A stretch of 64,000 bases of DNA from an uncultured delta proteobacterium. GTDB lineage: Bacteria > Myxococcota_A > Polyangia > Polyangiales > Polyangiaceae. Position numbers and translations under genes: made by a program. Of the stretch, positions 1 to 9,935 are shown one piece after another. Positions within the stretch are counted from its first letter, which is position 1. Every line of letters begins with the position of its first letter. The notes under the pieces were generated by a model, which made no database searches, was not told where the DNA came from, and saw only the letters and a list, made by a program, of their open reading frames with translations. The stretch spans positions 96,001 through 160,000 of the forward strand of contig CAVOKF010000007.1 in the NCBI GenBank assembly GCA_963696385.1. Reading direction: 5' to 3'.

Positions 1-319
1 TCAGCGCCACGGTCTCGGCCGCGATGCGCAACGTGCACCCGGGCCGACTGCGCCAGCGCCAGAGAGCCTTGAAGCCCGCGCGGTGCCAGCGAAGAAGCGT
101 CTCGGGTTGGACCACTCGCAGCACGTTCCTCCACGTCGGCGTGATGCCGGCGAGTGCCACCAGCACGATCCGGTCGAGCCGCGTCACGCGCGGTCGGGCG
201 ACCGACCGGTGCAGCACGGTGAGTTGGTGTCGGAGCAAGGCGATCTCGGTGAGCAACGACCGTCGCGAGCGAAACAGGTCGACCACTGCGGCGGCGAGAA
301 CGGTCACGATGGCGAACAT
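1..319 (-). mobile_element. N-terminal part of rve integrase-core transposase (runs off window start)
   Basis: Manual translation from ATG at 319: MFAIVTVLAAAVVDLFRSRRSLLTEIALLRHQL...VQPETLLRWHRAGF. It matches the N-termini of the paralogs at 2730-3782 and 27357-28387. Confidence 0.8.
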
Positions 320-967
320 CGTGCGCGAACATAGCGCTGTCCCCAGCGCATTTTCGGCGGATCGGCGAAGTAGCCAAGACGGGTGTCGTGTGCACTGTGC
401 CGCGTTGGGTCTGTCGCGACGTCGCGATCATTCCGTGGTGCTTTGAGCCTGCGCGAGCGCCTCACGGATAACCCACCGGCATGCTCCATGCTTCGCGACA
501 CCGCCATGCGCGGTCATCGCCTCGTCTTCTTCTGCGTCTGTATGGCGCTCGTGCGGTGCGGCGGCTCGGGCACCACGGGACGGACGCAAGCCGCTCGCTT
601 GTCCGAGGCTGGGAGCACGATCATCCCGGCGACATCCGATACGATCGTGGATGGCGGCCCCGGACCAGCGGACAGCAGCCGTGGGAACGTGCCATTCGAC
701 GGAGCAAGCGCGGTGGCGCCCGTCGACGCTGACAGCGACGCCATCCCGGCCGATGTGCCCGTCGACGCGGATAACGACGGCGCAGATGGCACTTTTGCAT
801 GCGGCAGCGAGACCTGCCTGCCGAGCCAGTTCTGTTTCCAGCCCTGCACCTGCGGCGGCGCGGCCTCCTCCGCAAGCGCGCAAACGTGTGAAGTGGACCC
901 CAAATTTCGGACCACCCCTTAAGGTAGTAAAGACGGGCCTGCTCCCCGATGACGAGGAGCAGGATCA

Positions 968-1261
968 ATGAAAAATACACGCACGAAGCACACGGCAGAA
1001 TTCAAGGCGAAGGTTGCGCTTGCGGCGATTCGGGAGGAGGCCACGGTCCCGGAGCTGGCGCGTCGATACGGGATTCACCCGACGCAGATCTTCAAGTGGA
1101 AGAAGACGTTCGTGGAAAACGCAGCACGCGTATTCCAATCCGAGGGGGCCAGGAGCGATGGTGGCGAGGAGCGCGAGCGCGAGGCGGAGCTACTCAAGAA
1201 GATTGGCGAGCTCACGGTTGAACGCGATTTTTTATCGCGCGGGCTCGGGCGGCTGCGGTGA
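968..1261 (+). CDS. IS3-family transposase OrfA (HTH)
   Basis: [17 protein letters not shown]...[20 protein letters not shown] and [15 protein letters not shown] zipper. Confidence 0.93.
   Translation: MKNTRTKHTAEFKAKVALAAIREEATVPELARRYGIHPTQIFKWKKTFVENAARVFQSEGARSDGGEEREREAELLKKIGELTVERDFLSRGLGRLR
1228..1234 (+). promoter_or_regulatory. Putative -1 ribosomal frameshift heptamer T TTT TTA
   Basis: X-XXY-YYZ motif in the orfA frame. The -1 frame stays open into orfB. Confidence 0.6.
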
Positions 1262-2100
1262 AGGACCGACGCGCGATGGTGGCCCCGGACAGCAAGGTTT
1301 CGGTCCGCCGACAATGCGAGCTTTTGCGCGTATCGCGCTCGGGCCTGTACTACGTGCCCGAGCCAACCGAGCCCGAGGAGCTTGCGCTGATGCGACGGAT
1401 CGACGAGCTCCATCTGCGGTTTCCGTTTTACGGGAGCCGCAAGCTCGCAATCGCGTTGCGAGGCGAAGGCCACGAAGTGAATCGAAAACATATCCAGCGA
1501 CTGATGCGGGTCATGGGGCTGGAGGCCATGGCTCCTCGGGCGCGCACGAGTCGGCCGAGTCAAGAGCACGCGATCTATCCTTACCTCCTTCGCGGCCTCG
1601 AGATCAGCCGCATCAATCAGGTGTGGGCAAGCGACATCACGTACGTGCCGCTGGCGCACGGCTTCGTGTACCTCGTCGCGATCCTGGACTGGTACTCGCG
1701 GCGGGTTCTCGCCTGGCGCCTGTCGAACACGCTCGATCCCGGCTTCTGCGTGGACGCCCTGGAGCAGGCACTTGCCCACTTCGGTGCGCCCGAGATCTTC
1801 AATACCGACCAAGGCGCGCAATTCACGTCCGACGCATTTACGAAGGTGCTTCGGCGACGCGGCATTCGCATAAGCATGGACGGCAAGGGCCGCTGCATCG
1901 ACAACGTGTTCGTCGAGCGGCTTTGGCGATCGGTCAAATACGAGGAGGTGTACCTGCATGCCTACGAAGACGTGCGCGAGGCGCGCGCCGGGATCGGTCG
2001 CTACATGACGTTCTACAACGAAAGCCGCCCGCACCAAGCGCTCGGCTACCAAACACCCAGGGCATTCTTCGACGCACTGTGGTCGGGCAAGGCTGCGTGA
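1258..2100 (+). CDS. IS3-family transposase OrfB (DDE catalytic domain)
   Basis: [41 protein letters not shown] motifs. Confidence 0.95.
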   Translation: MKDRRAMVAPDSKVSVRRQCELLRVSRSGLYYVPEPTEPEELALMRRIDELHLRFPFYGSRKLAIALRGEGHEVNRKHIQRLMRVMGLEAMAPRARTSRPSQEHAIYPYLLRGLEISRINQVWASDITYVPLAHGFVYLVAILDWYSRRVLAWRLSNTLDPGFCVDALEQALAHFGAPEIFNTDQGAQFTSDAFTKVLRRRGIRISMDGKGRCIDNVFVERLWRSVKYEEVYLHAYEDVREARAGIGRYMTFYNESRPHQALGYQTPRAFFDALWSGKAA

Positions 2101-2729
2101 ATTCTTTCCACCGTCGTCCACAGGGTCGCTCACAACTTGCCAGTCTCCCCCCCGCCCCCCCCCTCAATTGCCACCAGACACGTGGAAGTCTATGTGGACG
2201 ACCGATACGAAATTCACGACGAGAACAACTACGACTTGACTTTAGATATCCCACGAGCGAGAGAAAGAACGAGAGCAGGCCCTACCTTAACTGCCGACCA
2301 GTTTGGTCCGAACGAAGGGGTCCACCTCAGTGCGTCAACCCAGCTCCCACATGCGTGAACGCGATGGCCTGCGACCCTTATGTCCGGCAGGGACGATATT
2401 TCTCTTGCGGGTGTCCGGGATGAAGAACCCGAACTGCCCGACCCAGGGCGCTCGCCGCGGATAGACGCCATGTTGCTGGCGTCGGTGACGGTCGTGGCGA
2501 TACCGCGCCGGGGGAGGCCAGGAAGATGGGAGCGAAGGGGCGGCGCGGTGGCTCGTCGTCGGCACGCTGCGAGGCGAGTAGATGCCAAATCCATCCGCTG
2601 TTTCAGTGAGAACGAACGCCCCAAAGGGATCTTGGACCGAACCGGTACGGCCTCTTTCCCCATAGCGCCTCCCCGAGACTGCCTCCGGAGGCGCCCGGTC
2701 CGGCGCACCGGCTCCGTCCAAGTGGACGA

Positions 2730-3782
2730 TTGAGCAACTGCCAAGCGTGCCGTCCTTCGGGCGTCGCGCGCGGATTCATCGCCGACCTGACCCGCTCCCG
2801 CGCCGAGCTCATCGCCGAGAACGCGCTCCTTCGGCAGCAGCTCATCGTCGCCTCGCGCGCCGTCAAACGCCCGGCCTTTCGCGTCCACGAGCGAGGCCTG
2901 CTCGTGCTGCACGCGAGCCTCTATCGCGGGTGGCGCCAGGCCCTGCTCCTGGTCAAGCCCGAGACGGTCCTGCGATGGCACAGGGCAGGATTCCGAGTGT
3001 TCTGGCGGCGGGCATCCCGCCAGCACGGTCCACGCGAACCGCGCGTCGCGCCGGAGGTTGTCGCCCTCATCCACCGCATGGCGACCGACAACCGGCTCTG
3101 GGGAGCCGAGCGGATTCGAGGCGAGCTCTTGAAGCTCGGCGTCCGCATCGCGAAGCGCACAGTTCAACGGTATATGCGAGGCGGCGCGGGGCCCGTCGCG
3201 CCTCGCCCCGGACAACGCTGGCGGACCTTGCTGCGAAACCACACCGTCTGGGCGTGCGACTTCCTGCAGACCTACGACATCTGGTTCCGTCCCATCTACG
3301 CCTTCTTCATCGTGGACGTGAACGCCAAGCGCGTCGTGCAGGTGTCGGTGACGCGCGCTCCCACGCAAGCGTGGACTGCGCAGCAGATTCGCAACGCGAC
3401 GCCCTTCGGGCACGCGCCGCAGTTCATCATCCGCGATCGCGACGACAAGTTCGGAGCCGTCTTCGACCGCGTCGCCGCGGGCGTCGGGACGCGCGTCCTG
3501 CACACCGCGGTCCGGGCGCCCCTGATGAATGCGGTGTGCGAACGCTTCTTGGGTAGCGTCCGCCGCGAGTGCCTCGACCACGTGATCATCCTGTCGGAGC
3601 GGCACCTGCGGTATGTCCTCGCCGAGTATGCCCTGAGCTACTTCAACCCGGCTCGGCCTCACCAGGGCATCGGCCAGCAGGTTCCGGTCCACACGGAACG
3701 CTCCCGAGCCAAGTTTGCTGGCCCGGTCGAGGCCATCCCCGTGCTCGGCGGCCTTCATCATGACTACCGCGCCGCTGCCTGA
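2730..3782 (+). mobile_element. rve integrase-core DDE transposase, 5' end possibly truncated
   Basis: ENALLRQQL, PETVLRWHR, WGAERIRGELLKLG, WACDF, IRDRDDKFG, CERFLGSVRRECLD, PVLGGLHHDYRAAA. Confidence 0.88.
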
Positions 3783-3861
3783 AGCCGGCGGACAGCCCAA
3801 GGAGCCAGGACAGCTCCCTCGAATCGGGGGACCGCGCCGATTACCCCATAAGTTTGCGCAC

Positions 3862-3890
3862 TTGACTTGTACGGCTTAAAGCCGTACTAC
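3862..3890 (+). promoter_or_regulatory. TA promoter with palindromic operator
   Basis: TTGACT (3862-3867), 17-bp spacer, TACTAC (3885-3890). Perfect inverted repeat gtacggctt-a-aagccgtac at 3869-3887. Confidence 0.7.
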
Positions 3891-3896
3891 GGCATC

Positions 3897-4178
3897 ATGG
3901 CCCACGTTTCTCCTACATCCCGGCTCGAGGCGCGCATCACCCCCGATGTGCACGCGTTGCTCAAGCGCGCGGCCGAGATCCAGGGGCGCACGCTGACGGA
4001 CTTCGTCGTCGACGCCGCGCGCGAGGCGGCTTGCCGCGCCATCGAACAGGCCGAGGTCGTCCGCCTGTCGGTCGACGACCAGCGCCGGATCGCGGAGGCC
4101 ATCCTGAAACCCCCCGCCCCCGCCCCGGCGCTGCGCCGCGCCGCGCGGCGGCATCGGGCGCTGTTCGGTAAGGTGTGA
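3897..4178 (+). CDS. DUF1778 RHH antitoxin (TacA/AtaR-like)
   Basis: RLEARITPDVHALLKRAAEIQGRTLTDFVV...IAEAILKPPAP. GTGA overlap with the downstream toxin. Confidence 0.92.
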   Translation: MAHVSPTSRLEARITPDVHALLKRAAEIQGRTLTDFVVDAAREAACRAIEQAEVVRLSVDDQRRIAEAILKPPAPAPALRRAARRHRALFGKV

Positions 4179-4696
4179 CCGCCCCGTTCCGACTGGAAGC
4201 GCTCGACGATCATCACGATCGCTCGGAGTTCGCGTGCGGCGAAGAGGCGCTCGATCGGTACTTTAAGACCCAGGTGACCCAGGACATCCGGCGCGGGATC
4301 ACCAACTGCTTCGTCGCGGTCGCATGCGAGGCCGAAATAGTCGCCGGGTTCTATACGCTCGCCTCCACCGGAATTCCGATGGCCGAGCTTCCCCTGGAAA
4401 TCACTAGGCGTCTGCCCCGCTATCCGAGCGTGCCGGCCGCGCGTATCGGACGGTTGGCCGTCGATCTGCGCTTTCGCGGCCGCGGGCTGGGCGGCGCGCT
4501 ACTCGTGGACGCGGCAAAGCGCGTGCTCCCTTCGGCGGCGGCCGCCTACGCGTTGCTCGTGGACGCCAAGAACGATCACGCCGTCGCCTTCTACAGGCAT
4601 CACGGGTTTGAACCGCTTGCGAGCCAGCCGCGCACGCTGTTTCTCGCCTTGGCGACCGCGGAAAGGGTATGGCAGAAACGGAAGGGGCGATCGTGA
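4175..4696 (+). CDS. GNAT acetyltransferase toxin (TacT/AtaT-like)
   Basis: HDRSEFACGEEALDRYF, GFYTL, IGRLAVDLRFRGRGLG, VDAKNDHAVAFY. Confidence 0.92.
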   Translation: MTAPFRLEALDDHHDRSEFACGEEALDRYFKTQVTQDIRRGITNCFVAVACEAEIVAGFYTLASTGIPMAELPLEITRRLPRYPSVPAARIGRLAVDLRFRGRGLGGALLVDAAKRVLPSAAAAYALLVDAKNDHAVAFYRHHGFEPLASQPRTLFLALATAERVWQKRKGRS

Positions 4697-5463
4697 CGGA
4701 CCCTGCGAGCCTGGCGCTCCTCGATGCCGCGCGGCGTACGTCCTGGAACACATTCTGCGATGACTCCTGGTCGGCGTCGTGGCATTCGGCTTCGTCCCCT
4801 GCACGAAGGGGAACGCGTTACTCTTGAGGTTCACAAGGGAGGGATGCTGATGAGCGCAAGCGTTTCGTTCGTTGAGCGTGTGTTCGAGGTCACGAACCCC
4901 GCGACGGCTGTCCTGGCTACATGGCGAATCCGCCGCAGGACAATTTGGATTCGACGCGGCCCACTCCTTCCGGGACCGCGACCCAGCCGCGGACCAAGGC
5001 GGTCTACTTATTCGGAGGCCGGCGTCGGCTCAGTCGGTGTCGCTCCGCTCTCGGTCAGCCTTCACGGCGACTCCGTGAAGATCGCGAAGGAATACGGGTA
5101 CGCTGTCGCGTTGGATGTCCACTGGGTCCAGGCGGCCCGACCAGAGTGACCTGGCAGCATCGTGACAAAACAGACTTGCGTTCCGGCCGGAAGCCCGAGG
5201 TCAGAGCCAGGGTCGATCTTGTCGCTCGTGGTGGAAGCGACAAGGACGACCGTCGAGCCGCTCGAGGCCGACGCAGTCATTGCCGCGCACGTGCATTGCG
5301 GGATGCCCAAGCCTCCGGGTTGCAGTGCCTTCGCCTTTGCAACGCAAAGTGCCAAGCGCGAGCGCGCAACCCACGATCATTCGCGTCCGCATGTCACGAG
5401 GGTACGCCAATTGCCGCGGGTGGGCTTGGTCGGGAACGCTGGATGGGAACCCACCGTGTCGAG

Positions 5464-5740
5464 CAGATCTACGGCAAAACCTGACGATGCGCATGTCGAT
5501 GCGCCGTTTCACGCGATTGACCAACGGCTTTTCAAAGAAGGTCGAGAACCTCGGCCACGCTGTCGCGCTGCATTTCATGCACTACAACTTCTGCGGCATC
5601 CACCAGACTCTGCGCGTGACGCCTGCGATGGCTGCTGGACTCGCCGACCACGTGTGGGAACTGAGCGAACTAATCGCGCTCATGCCGAAGCCGATCGCGA
5701 AGGCTGGGGACGCGTCAAGCGGGCCGCCGCGACCGCGTAG
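5464..5740 (+). pseudogene. IS1-family-like transposase C-terminal remnant
   Basis: RQNLTMRMSMRRFTRLTNGFSKKVENLGHAVALHFMHYNFCGIHQTLRVTPAMAAGLADHVW with no N-terminus. Confidence 0.8.
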
Positions 5741-5783
5741 CGATACCATTGCGCTGCGCTCGGCTGCGCTTCAGCATGGGGCC

Positions 5784-6065
5784 ATGAAAAACTTATCTTG
5801 GATCGTTCTTATCCTCGCCGACTTCTGCATCCCATTCCTCGGAGCAGGCTGCAGCACCGGCCCCTGCGGATCTGGCTCGCACCCCTACGGTGCTTGCCCC
5901 GGAGAGACGCTTCCCAACTCGTGCCCCGGCGAATCTGACGGCAGTCAACCGTGCCCGTGTCCGACTCCTGGCGCTACGGCCGGGGTATCAGGCGGGCTCT
6001 ACGTATGCCAAGGCGGCATATGGACCGCCGAGTCGGACGCCGCGACGCAGCAAAACTCAGACTGA
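5784..6065 (+). CDS. Small Cys-rich lipoprotein
   Basis: MKNLSWIVLIL...LGAGC lipobox followed by a Cys/Gly-rich tail. Confidence 0.55.
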   Translation: MKNLSWIVLILADFCIPFLGAGCSTGPCGSGSHPYGACPGETLPNSCPGESDGSQPCPCPTPGATAGVSGGLYVCQGGIWTAESDAATQQNSD

Positions 6066-6490
6066 CCCACTACCCAACGCCGGCGGCACTTGCACGCGGG
6101 ATTGCGCGTTCGCGCCCGGACTCGGTCATGGCCGCCCTTTCGGACCGATTCAACCGGAGTTGCGGGCGCCGGTCGATGACGCCTGGCGGCAACGGAGAGA
6201 CCGGTTGCCGACTGCGCCTTTGACGGATGGCCGCGCAACGCGCAACGTGCTGTTCTCCTCGATAATCCGATGCCTCCGCCTTTTCGTACCGAGGCGCCCG
6301 TGACCGCTCGCACGGGAGCGCGCTTTATCAAGTACAGCAGGCCGCTCAACAATCCTCTAGCCCACGCCGGCGCGAGCGGAATGGACCGAGCCTGCCGCCG
6401 AGCGCGGATGGCCCATCCCGCCCCGCCCGCGAGGCAGCTCGATCCCATCGGATTCGAGTTTCTCGTCGATCTTGCAGGGGGCGGTTGCGC

Positions 6491-6934
6491 GTGACCCGGA
6501 CTCCATTGGCAGCGTGTCCCGGATGTGCCCGGCACATTCGGGTCGAGGAGCCGGCTTGTCCGTTTTGCCAGGCCGACTTGCCCTCGTCGTTCCGGCGGGT
6601 CCAAGCGCCGCCATCGCCGGCCGAGCGGCTCAGTCGCGTGGCTCTCTATGCCCTGCGAGTGGGGGCGCTCTCCGCAACCGCAGCGGCGTGTGGAGGCGAG
6701 TCTACGTCCACGATCGCGCATTCCCGTGCCGCGGGCGCGGTCGACGCCAACGTGGCTGACGCCGACGACGACGGCCCGAGTCTCGATTCCGCCGTCGCTG
6801 TCCCTTTGGACGCGCTTCGGGAGACCGACGTCACGACGATCAGCCTGTACGGAGGCGCTTTCCCGCTGGAGGCCGGGACACCCGAGCCGGACGCGAACTT
6901 CGTCGTACCGTACGGCCTTCCACCGGCTCGATAG
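6491..6934 (+). CDS. Myxobacterial CPxCARH-x-CPFC protein with YG-motif C-terminus
   Basis: ACPGCARHIRVEEPACPFC, RLSRVAL, AAACGG, acidic linker, SLYGGAFP and VPYGLPP. Confidence 0.7.
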   Translation: MTRTPLAACPGCARHIRVEEPACPFCQADLPSSFRRVQAPPSPAERLSRVALYALRVGALSATAAACGGESTSTIAHSRAAGAVDANVADADDDGPSLDSAVAVPLDALRETDVTTISLYGGAFPLEAGTPEPDANFVVPYGLPPAR

Positions 6935-7031
6935 CCGCACGCGTTTGTCTGCCACACATCGCCTCCACTTTTTGCCAATCGACGCTCGCGATCCCCTCAT
7001 CGGAGCCCCAGCCGCGCGCGATCCCTATGGC

Positions 7032-7778
7032 TCAAGGGAGTTCGGCAACCAGGACCCTATGGCCAAGATCGAGCTCGGTCAGCGTGCGAAGATGACCGTA
7101 CGAGCGATCCCAAGCACCCGATTCCAGATCCGATCTCAAAGCGTCGAGCCCCGACTTAACGTCCTCATCCTGGGCGAGCGCGAAATTCGACATGTTCTTG
7201 CGGACCTCGGCGTCCAGGTACATCTCCGGCTGGGCCCAGTAGGCCGTGAACAGGCCGTCTATAAAGTCACGCGGCAGGGGGACGGGGTATTCTCGTACGC
7301 TCGGAAACTCATCACGGATCGTCGCCATGATACGACCGAAGCGTCTCGATGGGTCGAGTGAGGGAAGGTAGTTTTGCGTCAACCAGAACGGATCGCCCCG
7401 CTGCGGGTCGCGAAGAAACACGACGACTCGCGTCCGCACGACCCTGCGTAGCTCGCGCAGCCCCGCTCTCAGGTCAGTCCAGTGGTGAACCGTGTTCACT
7501 GCCAACGCAGCGTCAAAACTGTCGTCACTGAGGGGAAGGCGCTCGGCATGCGCACGAACAACCCGTGCCGATCCGATCGGTCGCTGTGCGATCATCGTCT
7601 CGGACGGCTCCACCGCGAGCACGTCGAGACCCGTCGGCTCGTACGCACCGGCGCCGGCGCCTACGTTGATGACGCAACGCGCATCGCCGAGCGCGTCCCG
7701 CAGGATGGCCACGAGGCGTGGATCCTCTCTTCGCGTCGCCGCGTAGGTGCGTCCGATGCACTCATACGTCGCGGGCAC
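7032..7778 (-). CDS. Class I SAM-dependent methyltransferase
   Basis: VINVGAGAGAY motif I, AVEPS, AERLPLSDDSFD, TVHHW. Confidence 0.9.
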   Translation of the reverse strand: MPATYECIGRTYAATRREDPRLVAILRDALGDARCVINVGAGAGAYEPTGLDVLAVEPSETMIAQRPIGSARVVRAHAERLPLSDDSFDAALAVNTVHHWTDLRAGLRELRRVVRTRVVVFLRDPQRGDPFWLTQNYLPSLDPSRRFGRIMATIRDEFPSVREYPVPLPRDFIDGLFTAYWAQPEMYLDAEVRKNMSNFALAQDEDVKSGLDALRSDLESGAWDRSYGHLRTLTELDLGHRVLVAELP

Positions 7779-7981
7779 GCTGCTATTCCGTCCAAGACTT
7801 CAGCGGCCTGAGACCGCCGGACAAGATTCGGCCATTTATCCGCAGTCGGCAAGACGGCCGCGGCGGCTGCGGCTGGCGCGGCTCGCGCATCCGCTGGATG
7901 TCGCGCCGGAAACCGTTCATGCGGCTGGGCGATGAGATGAAGCGGATCCGGCTTGATTTCGAGTCCCCCTGCCACAGAGTC

Positions 7982-8749
7982 TCACCCGCACGGCCTGCCG
8001 AAGAACGGACGCGGCGCGGCCGCTGTGAGCTGCGGCTGTGCAGCGGGCAGCCATGCCGTCGCTGTCGCGAGGGCGGCGTGTGCGCCTTCAGCGAGCGGCT
8101 GGCCGTGCCCCACGATGAGACGCTCGAACCGGTGCGCGAGGAGCGCGTCGACGCTTCGTCGCGCCGCGGTGCGATCGTTGTAGGCGGTCCAGCGAATCAG
8201 CCGGCTTTGCGCCACGCGATCGTAGAATCCCATCATCGAGGCGTACACCTTCGTCCAAAGGTGTGTTGGTCGGCCGACGTTGTGGACGAGATCGGTCACT
8301 ACGGCCGTGCCGCTCGGATGGTGCACGAGCGCCGTCTCCACCAAGCGGAATCCTTCGATAGGGATTTCGGCGACGGCGTCGGAGATCGGCGCCCGTTCCT
8401 GGTCGTGAAAGCGGTCGATTCGCAGGTCCCTTCGCTTGTTCGCGAGTGCGGCAGGTGCGTGCACGCAGGCTTCGGGAAAGGCAGCACTCCATTCACCGAC
8501 CCACAAATGATGGAACGTGTTCGGAGCGTAGAGATGCGCCACGCGGCCAAGCGAGGCTACGGCCGAGCGCCGCTCCGCCGTCAGCGGCAACGGAGAGTGA
8601 ACGAGGAGCTCGCCGTCACCGAGATCGAGGACTGTCATGTTCGCCGTGAGCCTCAGACCGATGAAGCGAACCGAACCAGTGCCGTACCAGACGCCGTCGG
8701 CGAAGGCGAGCATGGGCAAGACTGTGGAGTCGACCAAGGGGAGCGTCAA
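7982..8749 (-). CDS. DUF4336-family (MBL-like) protein
   Basis: MTVLDLGDGELLVHSP, APNTFHHLW, HHPSGTAVVTDL, IVGHG. Confidence 0.8.
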   Translation of the reverse strand: MTLPLVDSTVLPMLAFADGVWYGTGSVRFIGLRLTANMTVLDLGDGELLVHSPLPLTAERRSAVASLGRVAHLYAPNTFHHLWVGEWSAAFPEACVHAPAALANKRRDLRIDRFHDQERAPISDAVAEIPIEGFRLVETALVHHPSGTAVVTDLVHNVGRPTHLWTKVYASMMGFYDRVAQSRLIRWTAYNDRTAARRSVDALLAHRFERLIVGHGQPLAEGAHAALATATAWLPAAQPQLTAAAPRPFFGRPCG

Positions 8750-8759
8750 GCCCCGCTCG

Positions 8760-8845
8760 GTGCGCGAGCCCTACGACAAGAGGATCGCGTACGGACAGTC
8801 GAAGACCGCCAACGTGCTGTTTGCTGTCGAGGCCGACCGAGCGCT
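8760..8845 (+). pseudogene. Short-chain dehydrogenase internal fragment
   Basis: PYDKRIAYGQSKTANVLFAVEADR, carrying the SDR YxxSK catalytic motif, isolated. Confidence 0.65.
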
Positions 8846-8896
8846 CCTAGCTATAGCTAGGCTCCACACTTAGACTTTCAGGCGGTGACGTGAAAC

Positions 8897-8998
8897 CGGG
8901 AGGTGGTCGCACGGCCGCTCGCGGTGGACGACGACGACGAGGCCTAGGGCTTGCCGTCGCGAGCCGGACCGGCACCCGCTTTTGGCAACGACCGTCGT
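8897..8998 (+). repeat. ~100-bp direct copy of the 3' end and downstream DNA of the nucleotidyltransferase gene (20427-20525)
   Basis: Near-identical: one extra GAC triplet and two substitutions. Confidence 0.92.
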
Positions 8999-9012
8999 TT
9001 CGACGGTCGAGC

Positions 9013-9747
9013 TCAGATCCCACCCGAGGTGGGCGCCGGGATCGCCCGCTGGTTGTAGAGAAGCTTCGTGCGACGCTCGATCTCTTCGGGCGGCAGCTTC
9101 GAGAAGTCCTCCGCGAAATCGGCGCCGACCGCCAGGCCGCGCTGCACCCCGGGCCGCGCGCTCAGCTCCTCGAACCATCGCTTGACGTACTTGAATTCTT
9201 CGAGGTCTTGATGCTGCGCCTTCCAGTTCACGATCCAGGGGTAGGAAATGATGTCCGCAATCGTGTACTCCGCCCCCGCCACGTAGCGTCGGTTGTACAG
9301 TCGGTTATTGAGGACGCCGTACAGCCGGTTCACCTCGTCGCCGAAGCGACGGAGGGCGTACGACTGATCGCCCTGCCTGTCGCCCAGGCGTAGGAAGTGC
9401 CCCAGCTCGCCCGTCTTCGGCCCCTGGTTGGCCATCTGCCAGATGACCCATTGCGTGATCTCGTAACGCCCGCGCAAGTCGTTCGCCCAGAATTTCCCCG
9501 ACTTCTCGGCAAGGTACAAGAGGATCGCGCCCGACTCGAAGACGGCGATCGGCTCGCCGCCGCCGACGGGGTCGTCGTCCACCAAGAGGGGCATTCGATG
9601 GTTGGGATTGAGCGCGAGATAGCTCGGCTGGAACTGGTCGCCCCGACCGATGTTGCACGGGACGATGCGGTATTCGAGCGCGGCCTCTTCCAGAAATATC
9701 GTGATCTTCTTGCCGTTTGGCGTGGGCCAAAAGTGGACATGAAGCAT
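9013..9747 (-). CDS. Glutathione S-transferase, YfcG/YghU-like
   Basis: WPTPNGKKI, LNPNHRMP, FESGAILLYLAEK, YTIADI. Confidence 0.92.
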   Translation of the reverse strand: MLHVHFWPTPNGKKITIFLEEAALEYRIVPCNIGRGDQFQPSYLALNPNHRMPLLVDDDPVGGGEPIAVFESGAILLYLAEKSGKFWANDLRGRYEITQWVIWQMANQGPKTGELGHFLRLGDRQGDQSYALRRFGDEVNRLYGVLNNRLYNRRYVAGAEYTIADIISYPWIVNWKAQHQDLEEFKYVKRWFEELSARPGVQRGLAVGADFAEDFSKLPPEEIERRTKLLYNQRAIPAPTSGGI

Positions 9748-9935
9748 GGTTGCCTCGATGGGCGCCTCCGAACGTGAGTGCCCAGCCGGGTCCGATGCCG
9801 GCCGCGAAAGCATGGTTCCGACGGCGACCGACGCCCGAATTCGGCGCTCGAGAAAGCACGGTCTCCGATCGAGGTGCGCTGACGGTGGGGATCGCCCCTA
9901 CCGCAAGCCCGCCCATCCCGCGTTGATCCGATACG

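Larger units (their letters stand above)
889..2329 (+). mobile_element. Complete IS3-family insertion sequence
   Basis: TG...CA ends. IRL tgaagtggaccccaaatttcggacca versus reverse-complemented IRR tgaggtggaccccttcgttcggacca. GTG duplicated at 886-888 and 2330-2332. orfA/orfB layout. Confidence 0.95.
506..2423 (+). pseudogene. Cys-rich lipoprotein gene interrupted by the IS3 element (pieces 506-888 and 2333-2423)
   Basis: Signal peptide MRGHRLVFFCVCMALVRCGGSG. Removing 889-2332 restores an in-frame ...SAQTCVNPAPTCVNAMACDPYVRQGRYFSCGCPG-stop. Confidence 0.85.

Noticed and set aside
1014..2423. 469-aa ORF across the IS3 element
   Set aside because: Alternate frame of the transposase. Only its last ~30 codons are real, as the tail of the interrupted lipoprotein.
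4724..5400. Several short overlapping ORFs
   Set aside because: No recognisable motifs or consistent frame. Possibly a degraded gene, but not supportable.
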